A DNA stretch of 64,000 nucleotides from Thermodesulfobacteriota bacterium (GCA_965203965.1 CBDBDR010000017.1:864911-928910), one strand, 5' to 3'. Counted from the first letter of the stretch, positions 1 through 9,788 are shown. Numbers and translations are program-made. Notes: generated by a model from the letters alone, not told the origin.

Positions 1-489
1 ATGGCAGATTTATTATCTTTATTTAAAAAGACTGTAAAACATCTTGGAAAACATGACGACCCTATGCAGGCGTTTAAACTTATAAACTATGAGGCGGAAT
101 TTATCATCAGTGAAGCGTGCTGGCATCAACTTTTAAGACACAGAAAGGTTAATTGGATATACAAAGATCCTTCAATCTATAACGGTGTAACTATACCACC
201 TAATATTACAAATGCTGGTGCTAAAAATTTATTATATAGTGCAATATACAAAAGTGAAACAATGTATCATAAACTATTAAATGAAGGATTTGACAATGTT
301 GCCCATTATGTTGTAACAAATGCCCATAACAGAAGAGTAATTGGAAAGTTTGATCTATGGGAACTTTATCATCTTATCAACCTAAGAATGTCAGAACAAG
401 CCCAGTGGGATATAAAAAGTGTTATCGGAGAACTAGTTAAACAAGTTAAAGTACATCATCTCGATCTTGTAAAACCTGCGTTAGAATGA
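1..489 (+). CDS. thyX: FAD-dependent thymidylate synthase ThyX, C-terminal part (5' truncated by window edge)
   Basis: The translation carries a ThyX-like C-terminal signature (AHYVVTNAHNRRVIGKFDLWELYHLINLR, matching the ArYvlPnA..Tr....N.REl.hfi.LR consensus). The ORF begins at the window start, so the N-terminal RHR..S motif region is not visible. Confidence 0.55.
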   Translation: MADLLSLFKKTVKHLGKHDDPMQAFKLINYEAEFIISEACWHQLLRHRKVNWIYKDPSIYNGVTIPPNITNAGAKNLLYSAIYKSETMYHKLLNEGFDNVAHYVVTNAHNRRVIGKFDLWELYHLINLRMSEQAQWDIKSVIGELVKQVKVHHLDLVKPALE

Positions 490-510
490 TTAAAAAGTTG
501 AGGAAATAAA

Positions 511-696
511 ATGAACCTAACAAAATGCGAAGAGTGTGGTTACGAAATTTCATTGAAGACGGACACCTGTCTTAACTGTGGTGTAAATCTGAAGAAGAAC
601 AAAAAAGGTGGTATAAGAAGTCTTTTAAGAAGAATAATAATTGTAATTATAGTAATCCAAATCCTGATTACCGTGCTGAAGAAGGCTTTTAAGTAG
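511..696 (+). CDS. small zinc-ribbon membrane protein (hypothetical)
   Basis: A CxxC...CxxC ribbon (CEECGYEISLKTDTCLNCG) is followed by a basic patch and a hydrophobic helix. A GAGGA RBS lies 7 nt upstream of the ATG. Confidence 0.5.
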   Translation: MNLTKCEECGYEISLKTDTCLNCGVNLKKNKKGGIRSLLRRIIIVIIVIQILITVLKKAFK

Positions 697-701
697 TTCC
701 T

Positions 702-1199
702 ATGACAAAATCAAACCATCTGGAACTGATCAAACAGGGGGTACCTCTGTGGAACCAATGGAGAGAATCCAACCCGGAAGAATTACCCAATCTGGTTTGG
801 GCGAACCTAATAGGACTTGATCTAAGCTCTGCAAATTTTGAAGGTGCAAACTTGAAACTGGCTTATTTAAAAAACACCAATCTGGAAGGTGGGATATTTA
901 TTAATGCAAATCTTTATGGGTCTAATTTTGAAAATTCAAACATGGAAAATGTGAATATGAAAAACGCCAATCTGGAAGGGGCTCATTTAATAGGTTCTAA
1001 TCTTAAAAATGCGAACTTGAGAGGTTGCAATTTCAAACTTGCCAATTTGGATGGAGCCAATCTACAAGATGCAAACCTGTACGGTGCTAAAAAACTCAAC
1101 ATAAAGCAACTTTCAAATGTTAAATCTCTTAAAAATACCAAGTTGGACCCTACGCACGTAAATGAATTAAAAAAATCCTTTCCAGAACTGCTTTTGTAA
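702..1199 (+). CDS. pentapeptide-repeat protein
   Basis: Long tandem A(N/D)L(x)(x) pentapeptide repeats (ANLEGANLKLAYLKNTNLEGG... ANLRGCNFKLANLDGANLQDANL). Confidence 0.8.
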   Translation: MTKSNHLELIKQGVPLWNQWRESNPEELPNLVWANLIGLDLSSANFEGANLKLAYLKNTNLEGGIFINANLYGSNFENSNMENVNMKNANLEGAHLIGSNLKNANLRGCNFKLANLDGANLQDANLYGAKKLNIKQLSNVKSLKNTKLDPTHVNELKKSFPELLL

Positions 1200-1201
1200 A
1201 A

Positions 1202-2371
1202 ATGAACAAATTTCCTTCATTTAAAGATCTTATAAAAGGCAATATTCTGAAAGTCTCCGAGATAAACTCACAGATCCGGGGGATTATTGAGAAAGAATTT
1301 AAAAGCCACTACCTGTGGGTCGAAGGAGAAATATCAAACTTCAAAGGAAACTACACCAGTGGTCATTGGTATTTTTCACTGAAAGACAAAAAAAGCCTGA
1401 TCTCCGCAATCTGTTTTAAGAGGGAGAACCAGTATTTTAAATTCACTCCCAAGGAAGGACAGGAAGTAATATGCTGCGGACAAATTAACATTTATGAAAA
1501 ACAAGGAACCTATCAGTTAAATGTTACCTATATTGAACCAAAAGGTATTGGATCACAACAACTTGCCCTTGAACAACTGAAAGAAAAACTGAAGACGGAA
1601 GGACTTTTTGACAGTGAGCGCAAACGACAGTTGCCATTTTTGAGCAGGAAAGTCGGTGTTGTAACTTCACCAACCGGTGCGGCAATAAGAGATATAATAA
1701 AAGTAACTGGGCGCAGGTTTATCAACACGGAGATACTTATTTCACCTGCAAGGGTTCAGGGAGAAAACGCACCTTCGGAAATAGTAAAAGCGTTGGAGTT
1801 GCTATACAAGGTAAACGATATAGATCTGATTATAGTTGCACGTGGAGGTGGCTCATCAGAAGACCTGTGGGTATTTAACGAGGAGTCAGTTGCAAGAACC
1901 ATCAGTATATCTCCCGTTCCCACTATATCAGCAGTAGGACATGAAACAGATATAACGATTGCAGATTTAGTCGCTGATATAAGGGCAGCTACTCCATCCG
2001 TGGCGGCAGAAATTGCCCTAAAAGATAAAAACGAGCTTTTATATGAATTGAAAACCCTGGGAAAAAGAATTAATAATTCTATGAAAAATCGTCTGGAAGT
2101 CTTGATGGGGGATTTAGAACATATTAAAAGTAGAATTAATTGGAACATTAAATTTAACTACAATCAGAAACTATCACAACTTAATTTGCTGTCCGCAACT
2201 CTGGATAGCATAAGTCCACTAAAAGTGTTGAAAAGAGGCTACAGCATTGTATATAATGAGAACAAAAAATATGCTATAAAAAATTCAGAAGATATAAAAA
2301 TAGGAGACAAAATTATAATCAGGTTTCATAAAGGACAGGCAAATTGCACAGTAGATAAAACTACTGGCTGA
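1202..2371 (+). CDS. xseA: exodeoxyribonuclease VII large subunit
   Basis: N-terminal OB-fold region (YLWVEGEISNF...GHWYFSLKD) and central catalytic region typical of XseA. Length 389 aa. Confidence 0.85.
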   Translation: MNKFPSFKDLIKGNILKVSEINSQIRGIIEKEFKSHYLWVEGEISNFKGNYTSGHWYFSLKDKKSLISAICFKRENQYFKFTPKEGQEVICCGQINIYEKQGTYQLNVTYIEPKGIGSQQLALEQLKEKLKTEGLFDSERKRQLPFLSRKVGVVTSPTGAAIRDIIKVTGRRFINTEILISPARVQGENAPSEIVKALELLYKVNDIDLIIVARGGGSSEDLWVFNEESVARTISISPVPTISAVGHETDITIADLVADIRAATPSVAAEIALKDKNELLYELKTLGKRINNSMKNRLEVLMGDLEHIKSRINWNIKFNYNQKLSQLNLLSATLDSISPLKVLKRGYSIVYNENKKYAIKNSEDIKIGDKIIIRFHKGQANCTVDKTTG

Positions 2372-3365
2372 ATACAGTGAGTTCTGGCAAGTCAATAACT
2401 GAAATACCATCCCTGATCAAACTGCTTTTTATTTTATATTCCGGATCCCTATCAGTAAATAAATACTTGAGTCTTCCACCAAAGAATTCTTTTAATGAAA
2501 CCGTCCCGTTTTGTTCACTAAAGCACTTTACCGCCCATTCTATACCTTCACTCGAGAGAAACAGAACCGTCGGCATAACTTCCAACACATCGTTTAAAAA
2601 ATCCATCTTATTTTCGGCAATTGCTCCTCTGTTTCCTATGAAAATTGGCAAAAAATTAGCAAGCTCTGAAAAAGAACCCTGTGATGCAAGGTAGGAAAAA
2701 GACGAATCTTCCGGAGTTACAAATCTCAACTCTTTACAAGATAGGCGTAGAAGATTCAAAAGAAGCTTCTGAGTTATAATTTTACTTTCCATCTTTTCAT
2801 TATTAAAACTGTAGAAATTTATAGCAGGAGTGTCTGGGTTAACAGATATGAAAACCTCTGTTAATTCATCTTTGAGCTTTCTTGCCTTCAAAAATCCGAA
2901 TTTCACGACAGATTTGTAATCTACGATTTTATCATGCAATCCCGGACTGTTTTTAGAAAACAAGAATATCTTTTCAATGGCTTTATTTGATTCCAATACC
3001 TCTTTGAATCTGCTCAATACATCTTCATTACTGACAAAAACAAAGTTAATTTTTTCCTTATTCAGTATTTCACCAATATTCTCTACCTGAACAATGGAAG
3101 GTGCAGAAACCGAACAGCATCCCAGTAAAAACAGCGATGACTCTACAAATAAACGCTCAAGTGTATTTGGAGAAATTATCAAAACCCTACTCTCCTTGGT
3201 AAATCCACAATCTAGCATGAAAGCGGCAATACTATTGACCTGCGTATTAAAATCAAGCCATGTTATCTGTTTCCAACTCCACCCGTCACGCTTTTGAAAA
3301 AGCAGCCTAGACTTATTTGCCTTGACTCTATCTTGAAAAAAATCATAAAACCTTGTTTCAGTCAT
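2361..3365 (-). CDS. AMP-binding (acyl-CoA synthetase)-like protein, N-terminal-domain homolog with a degenerate ATP motif
   Basis: The translation resembles the N-terminal half of adenylate-forming enzymes (KQITWLDFNTQVNSIAAFMLDCGFTKESRVLIISPNTLE). The position where the T/SGTTGxPKG motif should be instead reads INFYSFNNEKMESKIITQ. The start was moved to the internal Met (MTETRFYDF) because the longer ORF would overlap the divergent cca start. Confidence 0.4.
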   Translation of the reverse strand: MTETRFYDFFQDRVKANKSRLLFQKRDGWSWKQITWLDFNTQVNSIAAFMLDCGFTKESRVLIISPNTLERLFVESSLFLLGCCSVSAPSIVQVENIGEILNKEKINFVFVSNEDVLSRFKEVLESNKAIEKIFLFSKNSPGLHDKIVDYKSVVKFGFLKARKLKDELTEVFISVNPDTPAINFYSFNNEKMESKIITQKLLLNLLRLSCKELRFVTPEDSSFSYLASQGSFSELANFLPIFIGNRGAIAENKMDFLNDVLEVMPTVLFLSSEGIEWAVKCFSEQNGTVSLKEFFGGRLKYLFTDRDPEYKIKSSLIRDGISVIDLPELTVFSQ

Positions 3366-3419
3366 AAAATCTCCATAATTAATAGTAAGGGATGATTCAG
3401 TTAATATACTACACAAGTA

Positions 3420-4787
3420 ATGTTTGAACAGGTCACAGTTAGCAGGAATTTTGAGCAATTTCAAGGAAGAGCATATAACTCAGCAAAGTCCATCGTCAAA
3501 AAGCTCCATGATAATGGGCATAAGGCATTTTTCGTTGGAGGATGTGTCCGCGATGCCTTGCTCAACTCGCAACCAGCAGAGTATGATATTACCACAAGTG
3601 CCAGCCCGAAAGTGATACAAAATCTGTTCAAAAGAAATGTCCCAATTGGCGAAAAATTTGGCGTCATACTTGTATTGCTCAATGGTTTTCAGTTTGAGGT
3701 TGCTACTTTTAGAGAAGAGAGTAAATACGAGGATGGCCGACATCCTTCAATCGTGAGCTATAGTAACAGCGAGAAAGATGACGTTTTGAGAAGGGATTTT
3801 ACAGTCAATGGAATGCTTTACGACCCGCTGGAGAATAAACTCCTTGACTACGTTGAGGGCGAAAAAGACCTGCTGAAGCAAACTATCAGAACAATTGGCA
3901 ATCCTTGTGTGAGATTTGATGAAGACAAACTCAGGATGATAAGAGCCGTTAGGTTTGCTTCAAGATTCTCATTCGAAATAGAAAAAAATACCTTCAATAC
4001 TATCAATGAACTGAGCAGTCAAATAAACGAGGTGAGCAGCGAGAGAATAAGGGATGAAATCTTAAAGATAATAACTCAGCAAAACCCTGGAAATGGGATT
4101 AGACTTCTTAATAAAGCAAAGTTACTGGAGCAGGTATTACCCGAGGTGTCCAATATGGCAGGTGTGGAGCAACCTCCGGAATTTCATCCTGAGGGAGATG
4201 TATTTATACATACCTGCATTGTACTGGACAAATTGTATGAAATAACGGAAGGCAACTACGCACCCGATACAGCGATGGGAGCATTGTTGCACGACATCGG
4301 AAAACCTGCGACTTTTGAAATATCAGACAGAATCCGATTTAACGGACATGACAGAGTGGGGGCATTCATGGCAAAGAAAATTTGCAGGAAACTGAGATTT
4401 TCCAAAAAACAAACTAACCATATTACTTCACTGATCAGAGAGCACTTAAAATTCAAAGATGTTCCCAATATGAGAGAAAGCACGTTAAAAAAATTCCTTT
4501 CTATTCCACGTTTTGATGATCACCTGACAATGCATCTTGCAGACTGCCTTGGAAGTCATGGGATAAGAGAAATATATGACTTTATAAAGAACAAGATGGA
4601 AACCATACCAGAAGAAGAAATAAAACCACCTCCTCTTTTGAATGGTAAAGACTTGATCAGACTCGGATTGAAACCCGGACCTTTGTTTGCAAAAATCTTA
4701 AATAAAATTGAAGAGCATCAACTTGAAGGCATGCTGAAAAACAAGGATGAAGCTATGGAATTTGTCAGGAACAACTTCAACGCTTGA
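3420..4787 (+). CDS. cca: CCA-adding tRNA nucleotidyltransferase with HD domain
   Basis: Pol-beta nucleotidyltransferase head (FFVGGCVRDALL...DFTVNGM), followed by an HD-domain region (HPEGDVFIHT...LLHDIGK). 455 aa. Confidence 0.85.
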   Translation: MFEQVTVSRNFEQFQGRAYNSAKSIVKKLHDNGHKAFFVGGCVRDALLNSQPAEYDITTSASPKVIQNLFKRNVPIGEKFGVILVLLNGFQFEVATFREESKYEDGRHPSIVSYSNSEKDDVLRRDFTVNGMLYDPLENKLLDYVEGEKDLLKQTIRTIGNPCVRFDEDKLRMIRAVRFASRFSFEIEKNTFNTINELSSQINEVSSERIRDEILKIITQQNPGNGIRLLNKAKLLEQVLPEVSNMAGVEQPPEFHPEGDVFIHTCIVLDKLYEITEGNYAPDTAMGALLHDIGKPATFEISDRIRFNGHDRVGAFMAKKICRKLRFSKKQTNHITSLIREHLKFKDVPNMRESTLKKFLSIPRFDDHLTMHLADCLGSHGIREIYDFIKNKMETIPEEEIKPPPLLNGKDLIRLGLKPGPLFAKILNKIEEHQLEGMLKNKDEAMEFVRNNFNA

Positions 4788-5211
4788 ATATATCCGAACT
4801 GAAATCCGGTTTAACAAACCAGCTTTTCCCCTTTTTTATCCAGACATCATTAACCTCTGCCGTTTTCTCAGAAACAGATGGATACCTGTAATATACAACT
4901 AAGACCCTCACCCTGGTTGGTTGTTCTGGATCGGACTCATCAATATCTACAGCCTCTTTTATTTCATAGTTGGTTATGTTAAGACTGTCCTTAATATCAG
5001 TGGTAATCTCGTCAAAGACAGCCACTTGTTCATGATGAACAAAATTGATGGCTTTTTCATAATACCTCCACCGCATATACTTGTAATAATCTTTAACGAC
5101 AGATGGAAGTTGGTTTTGTTCGTCTTTGAAAATTGACTTTCCACAAGCGGGTAGAAATAAAATAGTCAGTAGTAATAAAATACTTAAAATGACACGAGGC
5201 ATTATAATCAA
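4777..5211 (-). CDS. hypothetical lipoprotein
   Basis: Signal peptide ending in a lipobox-like LPAC|GK. No recognisable domain. Confidence 0.45.
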   Translation of the reverse strand: MIIMPRVILSILLLLTILFLPACGKSIFKDEQNQLPSVVKDYYKYMRWRYYEKAINFVHHEQVAVFDEITTDIKDSLNITNYEIKEAVDIDESDPEQPTRVRVLVVYYRYPSVSEKTAEVNDVWIKKGKSWFVKPDFSSDIFKR

Positions 5212-5249
5212 ATACGGGGGGGACCTTTATGCCCCCCGTGTGCTAGTTA

Positions 5250-5573
5250 TTAAATCTTTGCCTGCAACAAAAATGCAATGAGCAAAGCGTATATTACAAG
5301 AGATTCTATAAGTGCAAGACCAATGATCATAGGGGTCTGAATTGCAGATGCAGCATTGGGATTTCTTGCAATTCCAGTGAGCGCTGCTGCTGTAGCACGT
5401 CCTTGCCCTACTGCTGCAACACCTGCTGCAACACCAATTCCAATTCCTGCACCAATCCCTATGCCCATCTTCGCCAAATCACCTATCCCCTCACTTGCTG
5501 CATAAACTTCCGGAACAAATGCCCCAAAGGTGGCTGCTACAATTAAAGCTAATAGTGAAAATAACCTCTTCAT
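5250..5573 (-). CDS. atpE: F0F1 ATP synthase subunit c with N-terminal signal-like extension
   Basis: Glycine-rich helix 1 ([15 protein letters not shown]), loop ARNP, and helix 2 with a conserved acidic residue ([12 protein letters not shown]). An ATG with a strong AGGAGG RBS gives about 35 extra N-terminal residues that resemble a signal peptide ([19 protein letters not shown]|AS). Confidence 0.8.
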   Translation of the reverse strand: MKRLFSLLALIVAATFGAFVPEVYAASEGIGDLAKMGIGIGAGIGIGVAAGVAAVGQGRATAAALTGIARNPNAASAIQTPMIIGLALIESLVIYALLIAFLLQAKI

Positions 5574-5620
5574 CAAAAACTCCTCCTGTGTATTGTGTGT
5601 TTATATTTTTTCTTCTTACT

Positions 5621-6310
5621 TTAATGTTCATGTCCCTCTGCCAGAGCAATATAAATAGCCGACAAAATGGTAAAAATAAACGCTTGTAAAAAAGAGACGA
5701 ATATACCAAGCCCAACAAAAACTGCAGGTAATAAGAAATGCGTCAGATTTGTAAATACCCCAAGAACCATATGGTCACCCGTAATGTTCATAAAAAGCCT
5801 TAGTGACAAAGATACAGGCCTCACAAGGTGACTTATCAACTCAATTATTATCATCAGCGGAGCAAGAAACAATACGGGTCCTGCAAAGTGCTTTAAGTAA
5901 GATATGCCGTGCTCTTTAAACCCATAGTAGTTATACATAACAAAAATAATAGCCCCAAGAGCAAGAGTTGTGTTCAAAGACCCGGTGGCAGGTAAAAACC
6001 CTGGAACAATTCCAAGTAGGTTCAAAAAAAGGATAAAAATAAATGAACCACAAAGAAGCGGAAAATATTTTTTTGCTTTCTCACTCGAACCAAAAATATT
6101 TTCAAAAATACCAAATAAGAAATCCAGACAGATAACCTGAAAGAAATTATTAAGGGATACTTTTGAATCCGGAACCACTGCAGAATCTTCAGAAACCATT
6201 CCTCTTAAAGCTATGCCGACAACAACAAGTAATAGCAGTACAAGAACAGCACCAAGTATATGGTCGTGCTCTATCATACCTACAAAGGTAAACCAGCTAA
6301 AATGCTCCAT
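5621..6310 (-). CDS. atpB: F0F1 ATP synthase subunit a
   Basis: Polytopic membrane protein carrying the subunit-a signature region (LSLRLFMNITGDHMVL, cf. LRLFGN..AGH). Confidence 0.85.
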   Translation of the reverse strand: MEHFSWFTFVGMIEHDHILGAVLVLLLLVVVGIALRGMVSEDSAVVPDSKVSLNNFFQVICLDFLFGIFENIFGSSEKAKKYFPLLCGSFIFILFLNLLGIVPGFLPATGSLNTTLALGAIIFVMYNYYGFKEHGISYLKHFAGPVLFLAPLMIIIELISHLVRPVSLSLRLFMNITGDHMVLGVFTNLTHFLLPAVFVGLGIFVSFLQAFIFTILSAIYIALAEGHEH

Positions 6311-6674
6311 TAACTCCTTTTAATCCTCTTCCAATAATAACAAATACAACTGCGGTCAGGGCTATAATAAAACCATAAATATTTAATTTTGCAAACACCA
6401 ACAAAGCCAATAAGATCCCAAGCAGTATTAAAAGTTTTAACACGAATAAAAAAACGATGAATTTGCCTGAATATCTCTTGGTAACTGTGGAATTCACAAT
6501 AAATTTTATCATTACAAAATCAATCAGAAACAGCAATCCCCCCAACCCTACAGCGATTGCAACCTGCTTTTGCTGAAATAACAGATTGCCTACTACAAAA
6601 AGTAGAATAACAACTGCAATTGCTTTTTCCGTTCCACCAAAAATTACAAACTCTGAGTTATTATTTTCTGCCAT
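6297..6674 (-). CDS. atpI: ATP synthase protein I-like small membrane protein
   Basis: Hydrophobic 125-aa protein immediately upstream of atpB, overlapping it in an operon arrangement. Assignment is by position only. Confidence 0.45.
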   Translation of the reverse strand: MAENNNSEFVIFGGTEKAIAVVILLFVVGNLLFQQKQVAIAVGLGGLLFLIDFVMIKFIVNSTVTKRYSGKFIVFLFVLKLLILLGILLALLVFAKLNIYGFIIALTAVVFVIIGRGLKGVNGAF

Positions 6675-6897
6675 CTTTATTTTTAACCCTCAACACCCTT
6701 ATCAGCAGAGTAATTGCTGAAAATACACCAAGAATTAATCCTATTAAGGTAAAGTATGGTTCTTCATTATCAAATTTACTGTCCAAGTATCTACCCAGCA
6801 ATAATCCGGCGGCAACTGAAAATCCAAAATTACTTCCAACGGCAATAAAGTAAATCCACTTTTGCTCTTTCTTGGGCATTGACCTACAAATTTCCAA
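6661..6897 (-). CDS. atpZ: AtpZ/AtpI-family putative F0F1-ATPase accessory subunit
   Basis: 78-aa protein with two TM helices, placed at the head of the atp gene string. Weak family recall. Confidence 0.4.
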   Translation of the reverse strand: MEICRSMPKKEQKWIYFIAVGSNFGFSVAAGLLLGRYLDSKFDNEEPYFTLIGLILGVFSAITLLIRVLRVKNKDGRK

Positions 6898-8167
6898 GCG
6901 CTTTTTTTATTACCCGCAGAGTTTTTTCCACATCATAATCAGAATGAGATGATGATACGAATGCAGTCTCAAACTGGGAAGGGGGAAACATAACACCGTT
7001 ACTTAAAAGCATCCTGAAAAATTTGGCAAATCTACTTGTATCAGATTTTGTCGCACTTTTGTAGTCTGTAACTTCATCTGATCCGAAGAAAATTGTGAAC
7101 ATGGAACCAAGACAATTCACTGATGCACAAACTCCATATTTTTTTATGAAAGTTTTTATTTCTTTTACCATTTTTTCCGATTTGTTATTTATATCGGCAA
7201 AAAAATTCTTTTTCATAATTTTATTAAGACTTGCTATACCGGCTGCCATCGCAACAGGGTTGCCGGAAAGCGTGCCCGCTTGATAAACAGAACCTTCTGG
7301 GGAAATATGGCTCATTATCTTTCTGCTTGCCCCGTAGGCTCCAACTGGCAAGCCACCACCTATGATCTTACCAAGACAAGTGATATCAGGCTTTACACCG
7401 AAAATCTTCTGAGCTCCACCCAATCCAAGCCTGAAACCGGTAATAACCTCATCAAAGATAAGGAGCGAGTCGTATTGCTTCGTTATGGATCTCAGCCTTT
7501 TTAAAAAACCTTTAACAGGAGGAACAACACCCATGTTGCCGGCAACCGGCTCTATAATGACACCTGCGATCTTATTACCGTATTTCTCGTACAGCTTTTC
7601 TACGGAATAAATATCGTTATACCGTGCAATCAACGTTTTGGAGGTAAAAGATCTTGGCACTCCCGGGCTGCTTGGGTAACCAAAGGTAGCGGCACCTGAT
7701 CCCGCTTTTACAAGAAGGTGGTCAGCATGTCCATGGTAGCATCCTTCAAACTTGATAATGTGGTCTTTTCCCGTATATGCTCTTGCCAACCTTATGGCGC
7801 TCATTGTTGACTCAGTACCTGAACTTGTCATTCGCACCTTTTCAATTGACGGCACACAATCAACCAAAATCTTCGACAGCAATATTTCATACTCACATGG
7901 CGCCCCGTAGCTAGTCCCAAACTCAGATGCTTTCTTTATAGCATTTAACACATCTTTATCTGCATGTCCAAGTATCAACGGCCCCCATGATCCTAAATAA
8001 TCAATGTATTTATTACCATCAACATCAAATATCTTTGAGCCTTTTGCTCTTGAAATGAAAATCGGACCTCCACCTACTGCATTGAACGATCTTACCGGGC
8101 TGTTCACTCCACCAACAAGGTATTTTTGGGCTTTGTGGAATAACTTATCAGATCTTTTACGGGACAT
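6884..8167 (-). CDS. hemL: glutamate-1-semialdehyde 2,1-aminomutase
   Basis: Class III aminotransferase fold with the HemL-typical N-terminus (AQKYLVGGVNSPVRSF...GPIFISRAKGSKIFDVDGNKYIDY). 427 aa. Confidence 0.9.
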   Translation of the reverse strand: MSRKRSDKLFHKAQKYLVGGVNSPVRSFNAVGGGPIFISRAKGSKIFDVDGNKYIDYLGSWGPLILGHADKDVLNAIKKASEFGTSYGAPCEYEILLSKILVDCVPSIEKVRMTSSGTESTMSAIRLARAYTGKDHIIKFEGCYHGHADHLLVKAGSGAATFGYPSSPGVPRSFTSKTLIARYNDIYSVEKLYEKYGNKIAGVIIEPVAGNMGVVPPVKGFLKRLRSITKQYDSLLIFDEVITGFRLGLGGAQKIFGVKPDITCLGKIIGGGLPVGAYGASRKIMSHISPEGSVYQAGTLSGNPVAMAAGIASLNKIMKKNFFADINNKSEKMVKEIKTFIKKYGVCASVNCLGSMFTIFFGSDEVTDYKSATKSDTSRFAKFFRMLLSNGVMFPPSQFETAFVSSSHSDYDVEKTLRVIKKALGNL

Positions 8168-8270
8168 ATCTTTTTTAGTTTCTTCGGTTTCAGCACACGG
8201 GTCAACAACCTCTCTTTTGCTAACCTGAACTGAAATTCAGAAATAGAAATACAGAGATACAAATACCCAA

Positions 8271-9047
8271 TTACAATTTAAACTCGGACATTAGCTTTTT
8301 AGCTTCATTTGCCTCTGATGATTCTGGATATTTATCAATGAGAATCTGCAAAAACAGCCTTGCTTCTTCTTCTTTATTTAACTTTATTAAACTCAGAGGC
8401 TGCTTCAAATATGCTAAAGGAACACGTGGGTCATCTTTGTATCCGTCAATGAAATTTTGATACTCAAGTATTGCCTCTTCATAAAACCCTTCATTGTAAT
8501 AGGAATCAGCTATCAAGAAAGCTGCGTCAGGTTTTTTAGATGAATTCGGGTATTGTCGCAGGAAACTACGGAATTTTTGTCTGGCATTGGCATAGTTGCC
8601 TAAGGCAACATCTTTGTCGGCAGCTTCAAACAGTGCTTCTTCTAATTCTTGTTTTGTGGGCTGCTCGCTTTGCTCTTGCACATCCTTATCAATTTCGGGG
8701 AGATTCAATGCGGGAAGACTCAATGGTGGAACGGGGACAACATCTTTATCTGAAACATCGTTTTTGATGTTATCCGCTTGTTTTTCAAACAACAACACCC
8801 TTCGTTCAAGATCATAAACTTTTATTTCCAGCTGAAAAAGCTGGTTTGATAAATCTACACCTCTATCTACATCTCTATTGAGATCACTCTCTCCACTTCC
8901 CGGACGTTGCTGCTTTAACAGTTTATCAACTTTCCTTTCAAGCCTACTTTGCCTTGCGTATATACCACCCACGTCATCTTGTGTTACCACACAAGATGCA
9001 GTAAATAACACCACCACGGCAACAATTGATATTAACAAAAACTTCAC
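8271..9047 (-). CDS. cpoB: Tol-Pal system protein CpoB/YbgF (coiled-coil + TPR)
   Basis: Signal peptide, a long coiled-coil, and a C-terminal TPR block (YPNSSKKPDAAFLIADSYYNEGFYEEAILEYQNFIDGY). Located directly downstream of pal. Confidence 0.7.
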   Translation of the reverse strand: MKFLLISIVAVVVLFTASCVVTQDDVGGIYARQSRLERKVDKLLKQQRPGSGESDLNRDVDRGVDLSNQLFQLEIKVYDLERRVLLFEKQADNIKNDVSDKDVVPVPPLSLPALNLPEIDKDVQEQSEQPTKQELEEALFEAADKDVALGNYANARQKFRSFLRQYPNSSKKPDAAFLIADSYYNEGFYEEAILEYQNFIDGYKDDPRVPLAYLKQPLSLIKLNKEEEARLFLQILIDKYPESSEANEAKKLMSEFKL

Positions 9048-9056
9048 TTCTACGAT

Positions 9057-9788
9057 CTAGTGTGTAACAAAATGTGCTCTTCTGTTTTGACTGTAAGCAT
9101 AATCCGATGTACCTGAAGACCACTTTTCAGTCTCACCCTTACTTATTGCCTTGATCATCTCTGGAGAAACGCCCTTTCCTATCAGATAATGCATAACTGA
9201 GTCTGCCCTGCGTTGTCCGAGAGCCAGATTATACTCTTCCGTTCCTCTAACGTCAGCATAACCCTCTATTACTATAATCGCCGATCCGCCGCAAACATCA
9301 CAAACATGATCGTCTGATTTTTTCATTTTTTTCATAATGTATTTTGCATTTTTATCAAGCAATTTTTTTGAATGAGATGTTATTTTTGCACTGTCATAAT
9401 CAAACAATATACCTTTAAGACGGGCTGAAGACTTAAGTTCATGCGAACCCATCATTTCAACTTCCTTTTGCATCTCGTCTTCAGTTTTGCCTTCCATAAA
9501 CTGCTCGCTAGCCATCTTTCCCTGTCCCTCAATAGCCTTGAACTTTGCTTCTTCGAGCAAACCCAATGCTTCGGTCTCCTTGCCTTCTCTCATAAGGAGC
9601 TTAGCTCTTGCAATTAAATCTACTGCTTCATCGTATGCGGGTGCATTTTTAACACCTGCTTCCTGTGTTGATTTTAAAACGGACTCTGTGTCCATTAGCT
9701 GCTTGGTAAACTTGGACACGCAACCAGCAGTAAGCCCCCCCGTTATTAACAAAACAAGAACAAAAACCTGAAATCTGACTTTACTCAT
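9057..9788 (-). CDS. pal: peptidoglycan-associated lipoprotein (OmpA-like)
   Basis: Lipoprotein signal (LTAGC) and a C-terminal OmpA-like domain (IEGYADVRGTEEYNLALGQRRADSV...NRRAHF). Confidence 0.8.
   Translation of the reverse strand: MSKVRFQVFVLVLLITGGLTAGCVSKFTKQLMDTESVLKSTQEAGVKNAPAYDEAVDLIARAKLLMREGKETEALGLLEEAKFKAIEGQGKMASEQFMEGKTEDEMQKEVEMMGSHELKSSARLKGILFDYDSAKITSHSKKLLDKNAKYIMKKMKKSDDHVCDVCGGSAIIVIEGYADVRGTEEYNLALGQRRADSVMHYLIGKGVSPEMIKAISKGETEKWSSGTSDYAYSQNRRAHFVTH

Noticed and set aside
1528-2148. Two minus-strand ORFs (66 and 130 aa)
   Set aside because: Both lie inside xseA antisense, and the xseA homology is unambiguous.
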